Source of the DNA: an uncultured Planctomycetaceae bacterium
GTDB taxonomy: Bacteria > Planctomycetota > Planctomycetia > Isosphaerales > Isosphaeraceae
DNA: 64,000 nucleotides
Direction: 5' to 3'
Assembly (NCBI GenBank): GCA_963833985.1
Contig: CAWIAD010000002.1
Coordinates: 3,712,001-3,776,000, forward strand
Under the pieces are notes generated by a model. It saw only the letters and a program-made list of their open reading frames with translations. It made no database searches and was not told the origin of the DNA. Made by a program: the position numbers and the translations under genes. Positions 1 through 12,211 of this stretch are shown here, in pieces (the stretch's first letter is position 1; each line of letters starts with the position of its first letter).

Positions 1-840
1 GCGTGGTCACGGCCTCCAGGTCGGCGTCGATCGAGATCTCCACCTGGGTGGCCAGCAGTGGAGGCGCAGGCGCTCCCGACCCGGCTTCATCGGTCCAGTC
101 CACGATCAACCGGGATCGCGGAGAGAGATGCGCCGTGATGCGCGTTCCCTTTCCTCCCGCAATGGCGGTCCTGGAAAGGGTGCCCGCGGGGCCGACCTCC
201 ACGTCCTGCACGGGATGCGGAATCTCCAACTCCAGGGAGGTCGAGGCCGCTTCGGGAATTGCCAGCGCCAGGCGAGTCCGGCCAAGGCTGGAGCTGACCG
301 GCACCTTCAAGGCCAGCCGCACTCGATGCACTCCGGGGCCGTGCAGCCGGGCTTCCCAGAGACCGCCGGGTGTGGCGCAGCTCGAAGAGGTTGGTCACCG
401 TCACGAGCCTCACCGACGATCGGGCCGTCGATACCCAGCGGCACCCATCTCACCTCCGGCGACAGCAGGTTCAGGACCAGGTCGACTCTCAGCTCGGCGA
501 GACTCTCGTCCAGGCGCCCCTGGACCTTGATCGCGGACGTCACGTGTTCAGGAGTGGCGGCAATCCCCGTCCCGGGCGGCTGCGCAGCCGGCGGCAGACT
601 CCCTGGCGGAGGTCTCGTGATGATCAGATCGGGCTGCTTGATCTGCTTCAAGAAATCGCCCAGGTCGGTGCCGTTCTTCAGGATCACCACCTCGCGCGGC
701 CAGGTGTCGGCAGTCCCGGCACTTTTCCCCTGCGCTTGCTCGCCAGCCGCGGCGCCCTGCCCTGCCGGCGAAGGCGTCTGGGCAAGGGATTCCAGTCCCG
801 GGGCAAGAAGCAACGCCCCCAGTCCCGCGATCAGCATCAC
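1..840 (-). CDS. Exported/membrane hypothetical protein, partial (runs off left edge), frameshifted near 370-390
   Basis: Signal-peptide-like MLIAGLGALLLAPGLESLAQ in ORF 307..1047; plausible coding sequence continues in another frame (..LWEARLHGPGVHRVRLALKVPV..) to position 1. Start uncertain. Confidence 0.6.
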
Positions 841-1234
841 GCTGCGATTCAAGTTGCCTGACCCTCTGCAAGACCCGGAGCAGCAGTCTCGAAGTGAAAT
901 CAGCCCGCGTACAAGATCCGGCCTCGAGCCGTTCATGCAAGAACAGCGAAGAGGGGCGAAAGCGGGCACTGGGCAAGGTGAATCATACCACGATCCACAG
1001 ACCCGTTCCAACGAATGCAACGACCGGGCAAACTGAAAGGGCGGCAACGCTTGCGGACGTCATCATCCGCGTGACGAACACGGCCACCGTGGCAGAGCGT
1101 GCACGGTGGCCGGCTGAGTATCGAGTACAACAGCGCAAGTTCGAGGCCGGAGAAGGCTTGCGAACAGTCAACCAGTCAACCGCTCAACGCACCCTTGGCG
1201 CGTAGCGCGGACCGCTCATGCTTCCTGCCGCCCG

Positions 1235-3203
1235 CTATCCGGCGGCCTTGCGCCTGGCCGCCGCCTTCAGCTCGTTCCTCTCGAGCAGTGACTTCCACGC
1301 GGCGAAGGCCTTCTCCGTCGGATTGTCGGGGTCGTAACCCAGATCATCGCGGCCGGTGATTGTTTCCAGGTTATCCAGCGCAAGCTCACGCACGGCCAGG
1401 GCCTGGTCTCGTGGCGAGAGCAGTTCGACCAGTCTCTGGAAGGTCTCCTTCCGCGCCGTTTCGTCGGCGGAGTAGCCAACCAGCAGCTTCTCGACGACTG
1501 CCGCGGTCGGATCGCCGAACTCTTCACCGAGGCTCGCCCGCAATTGCTTGGTGGCCAGGGGGCCCCGGGCCAGGAACGAGCGCAGGGCCGCAGCCGTGCT
1601 CTGGCGTGCGTCGCGGTCCTTCGCACGCGACAGGAGCGGCGTCACGTAAGAGAGATCGCCGAGGGCCTTGACCGCGAAGATGGCCAGCTTCTTGGTCACC
1701 GGCGAATCGCTCTCGGTGGCCAGCACGGTGTCCTCGATCACCGAGTGATCCTTGGAGAACTGCTCGAGGAACTGTTCGGCCAGCTTGTGCTCCTTGGCGG
1801 AAGGCTCGTTCTCGGTCACCCAGGCGGGCAGGTCACTCCTGGAGAGAGGTTGAAACCGGCCGCCGGGATCAGCCACGGCCGTGCCCGGGCCGGTGACCGT
1901 CTGCTTCGTGCCATCCAGTGCGAGTGTGACCTCGCCTTCCGTCGCATGCGCGGCCAGAGGCGGAAGCTGCGTCCCCCCCCGACCGTACTGCCACTGGCTG
2001 AGACGCTCCAATCCCAGGACGCCCGCCGAGGGGTGATCGATCGTCACCGTCAATCCCGCGAAACCGACCTTGAGTGTGCCCGGCGGTGCCGAGCCGTCGA
2101 TCCGCGCGGCCCTCGCTCAACTCGAAGGCGGGCGGCTCCTGCACGGCCTTGGTTGTCAACACCACCAGGGTCTCCCCGATGAGCGTGATGGGTGTGCGGG
2201 CGATGAGGATTCGAGCGCGGAAGGGTTCCAGACAGAGCAGTCGATCGGACGTGCTCAGGGGTGTACCCTCGGCGATCCGCTCCCACGCCCGCTTCTCCGC
2301 GCTGAACCGCAGCAAGAGCCCATCCACCTTGTCCACGATCCCGATGGATCCCGACGGAACCGCACGCGCGGGGGCAATCGGGGCCGCTTCCCTGGCGGTC
2401 TTCTCGGTGTCGACGCTGCCGGCCGGCTTTGCGACCTCCGGTTCCGCGTCCGTGGTCGCGGAGGGCGCCGGAGCGTTCGCGACCAGGGGGCCTGGGACGG
2501 TATCGCCAGCGTGTGGCTCCGCTTGACCGGGTACAGGGTTCGCCCCTTGCTGCTCTACGGGGTGCGGCGCCTGAGGATTGACAACGGCCACTGGCTGCTG
2601 CACAGGAGTGACCGGTGATGCAGCCGGACGCTCAGGGGTGAGGCTTTGATAAGCCGACCAGCACAGAACTCCAATCAGGAGCAGGCAGCCGGCCAGCGGG
2701 CCGAACCTTTCCACCCAGTGCCGGCTGGGCGGCGGCGGCGCCACCCATGGCTGAATTGGCTCGGTCACCGGAGTGCGGACAGTCTTCTTCGCTCCATCCC
2801 CACGGTGCTTGGGAATCGATTCGCGGCCCTTGACAAGCTGGTACATCCTGGCCTTCGCCTCGTCGGGCACGTGGACCTTCTGGCCCAGCAGGCTGAGGAT
2901 CTGGTGAACGCAGGAAGCTTCCGCCAGGTTGACGTCGGAGCTCAGGCACTTCTTCTCGTATTCGGCGACCTCGTCGGCATCAAGGTCGTTGTCGACATAA
3001 CCCGCAACGACGTTCGGATCCGTCCCGTCCGGCCCGGACCGGCTCGGCACGGTCAGCCTGCGTTGCCGCGTCACTCGATGGATGCGTTCCACCAGCTCCT
3101 GGGCGTAAGGGCTTTCAGCCACCTGCCTGCCGATTTCGCGGACCTGCGTCGGGGGAAGCGTGTCGTCCAGCCAGGCGAGCAAGGTTCGCAGCGTCAGTCG
3201 CAT
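1235..3203 (-). CDS. Planctomycete-type hypothetical membrane-anchored protein (anti-sigma-like N-terminus), frameshift near 2100
   Basis: N-terminus MRLTLRTLLAWLDDTLPP..., one TM segment (LAGCLLLIGVLCWSAY), Pro-rich linker; ORFs 1869..3272 and 1235..2053 join into one gene. Confidence 0.7.
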
Positions 3204-3368
3204 CGCGGAGGTCCTCCCGGGACAGCAGGATGAATCGAGCGAGCAGCCGCGGACGGTACGCCTGCGCCGCACTCGTTTTGGATATATGTGCCTGCTGGCG
3301 CGCCATTCCGTGCGAGATTTTCAAAAAAATGAAATGGGAGCAGCCGGACTGGCGTAGCGAACTTGCCG

Positions 3369-5607
3369 TCAGGACGACCCGCGCAGCCGGTAAAGCCGGA
3401 ACCAGGGATCGTTCTGCCGTGCGCCGTAGAGCGGCTCGAAGAGATCGGGATGAGCGTCCGCCCATGTTCTCTCGATGGGAAATCCCTGGGCGTCGGCCAC
3501 GTTGTGCTGCCCCTCGCCGGGATTGGCACGCGTCACCACGATGAGCTGGATCTTCTGATCACGGAGGTTGGCCAGCCAGGCCTGGAAGTCCGGATGAGCG
3601 CGGTCCCAGCCCGGGCGCGCGTTTGGCCAGGTCGGCGCCTGGCGTGCCACCGCGGCCCTGTGGTAATCGTGCATCAGCCATCCTGGGTGGGCGTCGATGT
3701 TGACGTATCGCACCTCGTTCCGCAGCCCGGTCCCGAAGAGATAGTAAGGGATGTTGGTCCCCGAGTACGCCACCCGCGTCCCCGCTGGTCCCGCACGGCT
3801 CTCCAGTTCCAGCCAGCCGGCGTAGAAGTCGCGAAACGGCGGATAGAAGCGCTGCCTGGAATCGAGCACGGGTGCGCCGGTCTCCAGTGCCCCGAGCGCG
3901 GCAAGGCCCGCAACACCGGCCACGGCCAGTGCGAGACCTGCGCACGGTCACCTCGTGACGCCGTCCATCGGCCTCCCGCCCACGCCGCCAGCAACGACAG
4001 ACTCGCCATACCAAGCGGCAGCAGTATCCCCACGACAGCCCTGGAATCCCATCCCGGGGCCAGCACCCGTGCAAGCCGAGTGGCCAGCGGCAGCGGTGGA
4101 CCCACCGCGTTGGGCACGTACCGGCTCAGATCCCAGGGGATCCCGGAGTCCTCGGCCGCGACTGGCCATGCCTGCGGCGTCAGCAGGTGGAGCCCCAGCA
4201 ACCCCGCCGCGGTCAGGCGCAGCCACCGTCCCCGGTCCAGCAGCCGGCTCAGGGGGATTGCGGCCAGTCCCAGCGACTGGAGCATGAACCGCTGCTGGGT
4301 GCGGTAGGGAATGCAGATCCAGTAGAGCGCGACGTTCAGTACCGCCAGAACCGCCAGCGCCCAGGTCAGCCGGTCTTGCTGCTTTGATCCGCAGCTGCCG
4401 ATTGCCCAGGCACCCGCCAGCGCTGCGATCCAGAGCAGCGCCAGGCGCGGGTCCAGGAGGGCCATCAGCATGTCCACCAGGGCCCCCCCGTCCGACATCG
4501 GCAGGTAGTACACACTGAAGCGCATGGCGTCGCGCCCGTACCAGCCCGTGAGCAGCGACGTTCCGAAGAGCTCCAGGTGCAGCGGATACAGCGGGTTTCC
4601 CGTGATCCGGCAGTTCCGGACGAACCAGAACCCGGTGCTCAAAAACAGGCAGCCCAGCATCAGGCCCGTCGCGGCCGCCATGGCCTTCAGTGCGGGCCGT
4701 TTCCACAGCTGGGCCGCCAGTATCAGCATGAGCAGCGGAGGAACGAAGACGATGCCGACGGGCTTCGTCCCCATTGCGTTTCCCGCGGCAAGGAAGCACA
4801 GCGCCAGTGCGCCGAACCCCGCGCTCTCGTGCAGGCTGCGGAGAAAGAAGGAGACGGCGATGAGGTAAAACGCGACGAAGATCGTGTCGACGTTCGCCTC
4901 GAACGAGAAGATCAGGAGCGGTGTCGACGTGAGGAAACAGCACGTCGCCAGGAGCGCCGCGTTGCGGCCCGCGCCAGCGCGCGGGCGATCCGGTGGACCG
5001 CCATTGCCGCCAGCAGCAGAAAGGGCGCCTGCCCGACTCTGGCCAGGCGGTCGCCTCCCCAGGCGGCCATCAGCCAGGTGAACCAGAGATCGCCATTGGC
5101 GGGAAAATAGGTTGCGGCGCTCTCACCGAACGGTGCCGGGACCAGAAACAACCTCCCGGCCTTCCACCACTGGACGGCGAAGTAAAGATGATAGATCGGG
5201 CCGTCGCTCACCACCTTCACCGGCAGGAGGAGCGACTGCATCGCCAGTTCGGCCGCGACCCAGAGCACCAGAGCGATCGCGATCAGCGTCTCGCATCGCA
5301 GCTTCTCCGGCTCCGCTGCACGCCCGCAGGTCGCGATTCCGGCCGCTGCCGGGCCCAAGGCACGCCACCGCCACCGTGCCGCCAGGCCGGCAACGAAGAG
5401 CAGCCCCATCCAGATCGCGAGCGGCTCGATCGTCAGCCAGCCGGCAGAACCCAGGAGCTCCAGCCCGAGCAGGCACCAGGTGAAGGCAAGGGTCGTGGAA
5501 GCCAGGACGCAGTCCAGCACGCGCGCCTGGCCGAACCCGTATGCGGCCAGCCACCATGCGCCTGAGAACAATAACCCGTTCGCCAGCAAACCAAGCCAGA
5601 CGGCCAT
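3369..5607 (-). CDS. Polytopic membrane protein, GT-C fold glycosyltransferase-like; frameshifts near 4980 and 3930
   Basis: Many TM helices; motifs DGPIYHLYFAVQWW, YFPANGDLWF, GTKPVG, WFVRNCRITGNPLYP spread over ORFs 4912..5679, 3674..4774 and 3369..3923. Confidence 0.6.
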
Positions 5608-5739
5608 GCGCGTCAGCGATCTCCCCGGAATCCGCTGGGACCCGAGCTGATTGTACCCGCTGATCGAGCCGCGGCGCACGGTTCAACACTCGCGACACGG
5701 CTCATGGCCGTGGCAGGCAGGCGCCCATGATGAACGCGA

Positions 5740-6891
5740 TCATGCCGGAACGGAAGCAGCCAGATCGCGTCCGCAGAGGCGGGAACCGGTCGACCATCGG
5801 CCCGCCTCCCGGATGACCTCGTGGTACAGGGTGTCGCGCTCGACCGGCACGCGACCGGCCTCCCGGATCAGGCGGCGGATCTCCTCGGCGGTGGCTTCCT
5901 GGGGCGTCTCCGCCCCGGCGTCGTGATAGATCTTCTCGTGCACGACGGTCCCATCCAGATCGTCGGCACCAAAGGACAGGGCCACCTGGGCGGTCTTCAG
6001 GCCCAGCATCACCCAGTAGGCCTTGATGTGCGGGAAGTTATCGAGCATGAGCCGGCTGATGGCCATGGTTTTCAGGTCCATGAGTCCCGAAGGTTTGGGA
6101 ATGTGAGCCATCTCGGAGTTGTCCGGATGGAAGGCCAGCGGAATGAAGGTCTGGAAACCCCCCGTCTCATCCTGGAGCTCGCGCAGGCGGATCAGGTGGT
6201 CGATCCGGTGCACCGGTCCATCGATGTGGCCGTACAGCATGGTGGCGTTGGAGTGCAAGCCGAGCCGGTGGGCCGTGCGATGTACGTCCAGCCATTCCTC
6301 GGTGGACGCCTTGGCGCCGCAGATCCGCTCACGCACCTCCGGATGGAAGATCTCCGCACCGCCGCCCGGCAGGCTGCCCAGCCCGGCGTCGATCAACTGC
6401 CGGAGCACCTGCTCGACGGAGAGCCTCGCAATCCTGGCGAAGAACTGGATCTCCACCGCGGTGTACGCCTTGACGTGAATCTCCGGGGCGGTCTCTTTGA
6501 TCCACCGCACCACGTCCACGTAATAACTGAAAGGAAGCTTGTGATGAAGCCCGCCGACAATGTGCAGCTCGGTGGCCCCGCGGTCGTGCGCCTGCCTGGC
6601 CCGCTCGACCACGGCCTCCCGCTCCATCACGTACGCCTTCGCGTCGTTCAGGTCCGCACGGAAGGCGCAAAAATCGCAGGTGTACACGCACACGTTTGTC
6701 GGGTTGATGTGCGTGTTCACGTTGTAGTAACCCAGATTGCCGTTGTAACGTTCGCGCACCATGTTGGCGAGCGCTCCCAGCGCGAACAGGTCGGAGGATG
6801 CCTCGAGCGCCAGGCCGTCCTCGAACGTCAACCGGGCCGCGGCCTCCACCTTTTCCCGAATGGTGCTCAGATCGGTTCCCTCGCTGGGCAT
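5740..6891 (-). CDS. mqnE: Aminofutalosine synthase (radical SAM, CofH/MqnE family)
   Basis: HINPTNVCVYTCDFC radical SAM motif, SLPGGGAEIF, HIKAYWVMLG (MqnE-type), FGADDLDGTV; clustered with ubiA/ubiX/ubiE. Confidence 0.88.
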   Translation of the reverse strand: MPSEGTDLSTIREKVEAAARLTFEDGLALEASSDLFALGALANMVRERYNGNLGYYNVNTHINPTNVCVYTCDFCAFRADLNDAKAYVMEREAVVERARQAHDRGATELHIVGGLHHKLPFSYYVDVVRWIKETAPEIHVKAYTAVEIQFFARIARLSVEQVLRQLIDAGLGSLPGGGAEIFHPEVRERICGAKASTEEWLDVHRTAHRLGLHSNATMLYGHIDGPVHRIDHLIRLRELQDETGGFQTFIPLAFHPDNSEMAHIPKPSGLMDLKTMAISRLMLDNFPHIKAYWVMLGLKTAQVALSFGADDLDGTVVHEKIYHDAGAETPQEATAEEIRRLIREAGRVPVERDTLYHEVIREAGRWSTGSRLCGRDLAASVPA

Positions 6892-7015
6892 CGCTGCTCC
6901 CTTCCCCGTGCGTTGCTCACGAGCCGGTCCGCCGGCCAGTGACGCGATTCTGGCTTGTTCAACCCCGACGCAGCCCACATCTTTTTTGAAATTTTAGTCG
7001 AATTTGAAGGCTCCA

Positions 7016-7933
7016 TCAACCTGCGGCGAAGGGATGCAGCCCAAGGCCCGGAGCGAACGCCTCAGCGATCAGGTCCGCAACACCGAATAACAGCAGGCCC
7101 ATGCTGATGATCACGTTGACGTGGAAGAAGGCAAGGTTCACGCGCGTCAGGTCGTCCGGCCGCACCAGCGTGTGCTCGTAGAAGAGCAGCGCGGCAACCG
7201 CGACGATCCCCAGCGCGAAGATGAGGCCCAGGGGATAGGAGAGTTCCAGTCCAATCAGGCACACAATCATCACCGCATGGCAAAGGGCGGCCAGGCGGAG
7301 GGCACCCGGAATACCCAGCCGTCGCGGAATACTCTGGAGGCCGGCCTGGGTATCGAACGCGACGTCCTGGCAAGCATAGATGATATCAAAGCCGGAAACC
7401 CAGCAAAGGACGCCCAGCGCCAGCAGCAGCGGTGGCCACGCAAGGGTTCCGCGGATGGCGATCCATGCCGCGATTGGTGCCAGGCTGAGCGAGGCTCCCA
7501 GCCAGAAATGAGCAAGTGCGGTGAACCTTTTGGTGTAGGAGTAACCGAGCAGCCAGAGCAGGACCGGTACGGCCAGCAGCAGGGGCAGGCGGTTGGGCAA
7601 GAACAGCAAGGTCGACGCCAGAAATGCAATCGCGGAAATGCAGGTGAAGAGCAGGACCGAGCCGGCCGAGAGCCGCCCGGCTGGCAAGTGGCGGCTGGCA
7701 GTTCGCGGGTTCAGCGCGTCGAACTCTCGATCCACCAGCCGGTTGAAGGCCATGGCGGCGGTCCGCGCCGTGGCCATGCAGAGGAGAATGCCGGCCCAGT
7801 CCTGGGGACGTCCCCGCCAGCCCTCAGCGCTGTGCGCCGCGAGCGCTCCGCCCAGCAGGGCGAACGGCAACGCGAAAAGGGTGTGGTGGAACTTGACGAG
7901 GTCCAGGTACTCGCGCGCGATCGCGGTGCTCAC
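7016..7933 (-). CDS. ubiA: UbiA-family polyprenyltransferase (MqnP-like)
   Basis: KFHHTLFALPFA, AMAFNRLVDREFDALNPRT, YSYTKRFT, GFDIIYACQDVAFD; multiple TM helices. Confidence 0.88.
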   Translation of the reverse strand: MSTAIAREYLDLVKFHHTLFALPFALLGGALAAHSAEGWRGRPQDWAGILLCMATARTAAMAFNRLVDREFDALNPRTASRHLPAGRLSAGSVLLFTCISAIAFLASTLLFLPNRLPLLLAVPVLLWLLGYSYTKRFTALAHFWLGASLSLAPIAAWIAIRGTLAWPPLLLALGVLCWVSGFDIIYACQDVAFDTQAGLQSIPRRLGIPGALRLAALCHAVMIVCLIGLELSYPLGLIFALGIVAVAALLFYEHTLVRPDDLTRVNLAFFHVNVIISMGLLLFGVADLIAEAFAPGLGLHPFAAG

Positions 7934-8613
7934 GGGCTCAGGCCTCCGGATCTCTGAACGCTGGGATCGGCGCCCTCATCGCCCGGGCGTTCCCCGCCCC
8001 ACCGTGCGATCAGGGAATTGCGGATTCCGAGCTGATCGCAGATCCGGCCGACGATGAAATCGACGAGGTCGTCCAGCGTGCTCGGGCGGTGATACCAGCC
8101 GGGCATGGCGGGCAACACAACGGCCCCCGCCCGTGTGACTTGGAGCATGTTTTCCAGGTGAATCAACGAGAGCGGGGTTTCGCGCGGCACCAGGATCAGC
8201 TTCCGCCGTTCCTTGAGATGGACGTCGGCCGCGCGCGTGATCAGGTTGGAAGTCACGCCGTGCGCGATGGCCCCCAGGGTGCTCATGCTGCACGGGATGA
8301 CCACCATGCCGCCGGTGAGGAACGAGCCGCTGGCGATCCCTGCCATGAACTCCGCATGGTGATGGTAGATCAGCTTGCCCGGGGCGAGCTCACCGAAGGC
8401 CGATGCATCGAACCGCTTCAGCGACAGCGCGATCCCGGTTTCCTGGAGGAGCACCTGCACGGCACTCGGGCTGGCCGTGAAGTGGATGGTCCGACCCAGG
8501 CGGCCCAGCGCGTGGAGCAGCCGCACCGCATAGGGTGCGCCGCTGGCCCCGGTCATGGCAACGACCAGGTCCGGTGAGCGCGCCTCGGTGCTGGCGGTAG
8601 GTTCCGGGCTCAT
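7930..8613 (-). CDS. ubiX: Flavin prenyltransferase UbiX
   Basis: VVAMTGASGAPY, IASGSF, PCSMSTLGAIAHG, RAADVHLKERRKLILVPRETP; ATG at 8613 overlaps the ubiE stop. Confidence 0.92.
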   Translation of the reverse strand: MSPEPTASTEARSPDLVVAMTGASGAPYAVRLLHALGRLGRTIHFTASPSAVQVLLQETGIALSLKRFDASAFGELAPGKLIYHHHAEFMAGIASGSFLTGGMVVIPCSMSTLGAIAHGVTSNLITRAADVHLKERRKLILVPRETPLSLIHLENMLQVTRAGAVVLPAMPGWYHRPSTLDDLVDFIVGRICDQLGIRNSLIARWGGERPGDEGADPSVQRSGGLSP

Positions 8614-9455
8614 CGCACAGGCTCCGGGCCACGGCTTCCGGCGTCCGTTGCTCCAGCCGGCTTGGTGCCCACGTAGAGCGTGGCGATCCCGAATGTCAGG
8701 GGATACATCCTCAGGTCCACGAGCCCGCGTGATCCCAGCAGGTCGAGCAGCTCCTGGCCGTCGGGGAAGTTCATCACCGTTTCCGGCAGGTAATGGTAGG
8801 CCTGGTCCGGGTTGGGCGCAATGGCCTGGCCAATACGCGGCAGCACCCGCCGGAAGAACGCGCGGTAGAGCCGTCCCACGAGACATCCCCGGGGCCTCGA
8901 GAACTCCAGGACGGCCACCTTCCCACCTGGCCGCGCGGCGCGGATCATCTCGTCGATTCCGGTGACCGTGTCGCGCACGTTCCGCAGGCCGAAGGCAACG
9001 CTCACCACTCCGAAGGTGTTGCTGGGCACAGGGAGGCGCTGAGTGTCGCCCTCGACCAGGACGACCCGTGCCGAGGCGTCCCGCCGGCGCACCTTACGCT
9101 CGCCGAGAACGAGCATTTCGCGGCAGAAGTCGGTGCCGACCACGAGACTTCGTCCGCGACCTGCCCGATCATAGGCCAGTGCCAGGTCGGCTGTTCCCGT
9201 GCAGCAATCGAGGACCGGGACGCCCGGTTCGGGAGGGACCTTGCGGGTGGTCAGGCGCCGCCATGAGCGGTCGATGTTCAGGCTCAACAGGTGGTTCAGC
9301 AGGTCGTACCGCGCGGCGATCGACGCGAACATCCTCCGCACCCGCCGGTCGGACTTGTCGACCCGGTCCGGGGCAAGTGCCGAGGAGGTCTCGCCGCGAT
9401 CACGCGGAGCCTGCGGAAAACCAGTAGCAGCAGCGTTCGTGCCATGTCCGGACAT
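8610..9455 (-). CDS. ubiE: Demethylmenaquinone methyltransferase UbiE/MenG
   Basis: MFASIAARYDLLNHLLSLNIDRSWR, VLDCCTGTADLA, VAFGLRNV, PGGKVAVLEFSRP. Confidence 0.92.
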   Translation of the reverse strand: MSGHGTNAAATGFPQAPRDRGETSSALAPDRVDKSDRRVRRMFASIAARYDLLNHLLSLNIDRSWRRLTTRKVPPEPGVPVLDCCTGTADLALAYDRAGRGRSLVVGTDFCREMLVLGERKVRRRDASARVVLVEGDTQRLPVPSNTFGVVSVAFGLRNVRDTVTGIDEMIRAARPGGKVAVLEFSRPRGCLVGRLYRAFFRRVLPRIGQAIAPNPDQAYHYLPETVMNFPDGQELLDLLGSRGLVDLRMYPLTFGIATLYVGTKPAGATDAGSRGPEPVR

Positions 9456-9896
9456 GCCGCGAGTTCTCGACTGGGCGGTGCACAGAAAGGGTTATTGTGA
9501 TCCGGGAGACGGCCTGGCGGCAAGGCGAGAGGCCGTTTCGCAACGCTTTCTCCGCAGCCGCGCCCGCACGATCCGACCGCCGGGTGACGCGGGTCTCTGG
9601 ATCTGCCTCGGTGGGGCTCTCCACCCCTGGAAATGATTCGCACACCATAGAGACCAAGACATCTCGAATAATAGGCTGGGTTTTTTTCGGATTTCCTATT
9701 TTTTTTCCCCTGCTTCCTGATACACTTACAGCGGTTGGTCTGACGACTGAGTGAGCATGTCGGTTTCTCGTTGAACCGTCTTCGGCTTCCCGCTCTCGCC
9801 TTTCCCACCTCCTGGGCGCAACTGTGTGCCCCTTTCTCTTCGACCCAGAAAGCGTCTAAAGGGGTCGGATGCTCTTTGCCACATGGGAGATGTCTT

Positions 9897-10283
9897 GTGG
9901 GAAAGAAACTGTACGTTGGCAATTTGACCTATTCGGTGACTTCATCCGACCTTGAGGGGTGGTTCGCCCAGTTCGGGACGGTGCAGAGCGCACAAGTCAT
10001 CCAGGACCGGGACACCGGGCGGAGCAAAGGCTTTGGGTTCGTGGAGATGGATACCGAGGCGGAAGCTCAGGCAGCCATCCAGGGACTGCATGACCAGGAG
10101 TATGAGGGCCGCCGGCTGACCGTGAACGAGGCCAAGCCGCGCGAGCCGCGGAGTGGTGGCGGTGGCTACGGCGGCGGTGGCGGTGGCGGCGGTCGCTCCG
10201 GCGGCGGCGGCGGCGGCCGGGGCTACGGCGGTGGCGGCGGTGGCGGCTACGGCGGTGGTGGCGGCGGCCGCGGGCGCTATTGA
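9897..10283 (+). CDS. RNA recognition motif (RRM) protein with Gly-rich tail
   Basis: GTG start; KKLYVGNL (RNP2), GRSKGFGFVEM (RNP1), GGGGYGG tail. Confidence 0.95.
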   Translation: MGKKLYVGNLTYSVTSSDLEGWFAQFGTVQSAQVIQDRDTGRSKGFGFVEMDTEAEAQAAIQGLHDQEYEGRRLTVNEAKPREPRSGGGGYGGGGGGGGRSGGGGGGRGYGGGGGGGYGGGGGGRGRY

Positions 10284-10312
10284 GCTCCCGATCCCCGCTT
10301 GCAGGTTCTACC

Positions 10313-10340
10313 AGGGAGCCCGGAAGCAACCGGGCTCCCT
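10313..10340 (+). terminator. Hairpin downstream of RRM gene (possible terminator)
   Basis: AGGGAGCCCGG-aagcaa-CCGGGCTCCCT, perfect 11-bp stem; no immediate U-tract. Confidence 0.5.
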
Positions 10341-10495
10341 ACCAAGATTTTGATCGCGCGGATGAACAGATTTGTTCGCGCGGATGATCCGGCGTTCCTG
10401 GTCCGTGGCCAGGTGCGCTCGGCGTCTGCCCATCATCAAGTTCGACCGCACTTCAGCTTTGTTGGACGTCGAACGCACGAGAGCAAGGATGCTCG

Positions 10496-12114
10496 ATGTC
10501 GTCCAAACACGCCCTCATCCTGTTAATCATTGCCTCCGCCCTGCTGCGTCTGCTCGCTGCGGGAGTTCTGGGCCTCGGCAATGACGAAGCCTACCACTTC
10601 CTGTACGCTGTCCATCCCGCCTTCAGTTACTACGATCATCCACCGATGCTTGCTTGGATTGAGAGCGTCGGGCTGAATCTTTTGTCCTCGCCCTTCTCCA
10701 TTCTGGCGTTGCGCAGGGCTTCATCATCCTTTTTGCCGGTTCCACGGTCCTGATGTGGCGGGTCGCGGGGCGCTGGTACGGCCCTCGTGCCGCCTTCCTC
10801 GCCGCGTTCGGGCTCAATGTCACGGCCTACTACGGGCTGGCCGTCTCGACCTTTGCCCTGCCCGACGGACCCCTCTTGTTCTTCTGGCTGCTCACGCTGG
10901 ACCGCCTCAGCCGCGCGATGGAGCAGCCGTCCAGGACATGGCCCTGGATCGGGGTCGGCCTGGCGTGGGGCGGCGCAATGCTCAGCAAGTATCACGCAGT
11001 CTTCCTGCCGGCTGGCATGGTCTTGCTGCTGCTGCTTCACAGGCCCCTGCGGCACTGGCTCTTCAGGCCCGGGCCCTACATTGCTGCCGGCCTGGGATGC
11101 CTGGTCTTCAGTCCCGTGCTCGTCTGGAACGCCAGCCACCACTGGGCCTCGTTCCTGTTCCAGGGGGGCCGGGCCGTGGGCGGGTTGGTTCCCCATCCTG
11201 ATTACCTGGCCACCGCCTTGCTGGCACAGGCAGGCTACCTGTTGCCGTGGATCTGGATCCCGCTCGTGGTTCTCCTGTATCAGCATGTGAGGAACTGGAA
11301 CCGTCTCGGGAACGACCACGAGCGGCTGGCACTTTGCCTGTCGGTCCTGCCGGTCGCGGCGTTCACGGGGGTCGCCTGTTTCCGGCCCGTGCTCCCGCAC
11401 TGGGGACTGATCGGCCTGGTGTCGCTCCTTCCGGCGCTCGGCGATTCATGGAGCAAGCAGCTCGACCGCCATCACGCGCGTGCCCTGCGCGGGCTCTGCT
11501 TCGCGGCGGTCTTCCCGGTGTTGCTCATGGGCCTGACGATCATCGAGCACCGCACCGGCTGGCTACAGCGCGGGGGCCCCGCGCGATGGGGCCTGTTCGA
11601 GGCCCGCAACGATCCCACGGCGGATCTCTACGGTTGGGACCTCGTGGCCGAGCGCCTTGAAGAGCTGGGCGTCCTCGACGAGCCCAATACCTTTCTCTTC
11701 ACACGCAACTGGTACCAGAGTGCGCAGCTCGCTCACGCCATCCGGCTCAGGCTTCCCGTACTCTGCTACAACCTGGACGACCCGCGCGGGTTCGCCTTCT
11801 GGAGCAAGCCGGACGACTGGCTGGGCCACGACGGCATCCTGCTGGTGATCAACGATGACTTCGTACCCGTGTCGTTCTACCGACCCTGGTTCCAGGACGT
11901 GGTGCCGCTGGCCGAGTTCACCATCGAGCGCAGTGGCCGCCTCATGCGCAAGGTCCAGGTATACCGGCTGATTCAGCAACGGGCACCGTTTCCTTTCGAC
12001 TTCTCCCCCGAGCGGCTGGCCGCGCGCGAGGCCTTGCGGGCCGGCGGTCATCCGCTGGGTCCACTCCGCCGGACGGTGCAGGGCACGGCCCCGGGCGGCA
12101 CGTTGCGACGCTGA
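10496..12114 (+). CDS. Glycosyltransferase family 39/83 (ArnT/PMT-like), frameshift near 10720
   Basis: LGNDEAYHFLY..SYYDHPPMLAW, LPDGPLLFFW, AMLSKYHAVFL, FSPVLVWNASHHWASFLFQ. Confidence 0.85.
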
Positions 12115-12211
12115 TCTCTGCCGGCCCTGGCGATTTCCCAACCGCCGCCCGTCTGATTAAGATGAGTCATTGATTGGCCCACACGCGCGAGCCGTTCCGG
12201 AGGCGACCCGA

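Noticed and set aside
10153..10280. GGC-rich repeat tract
   Set aside because: Ordinary Gly-rich tail of bacterial RRM proteins.
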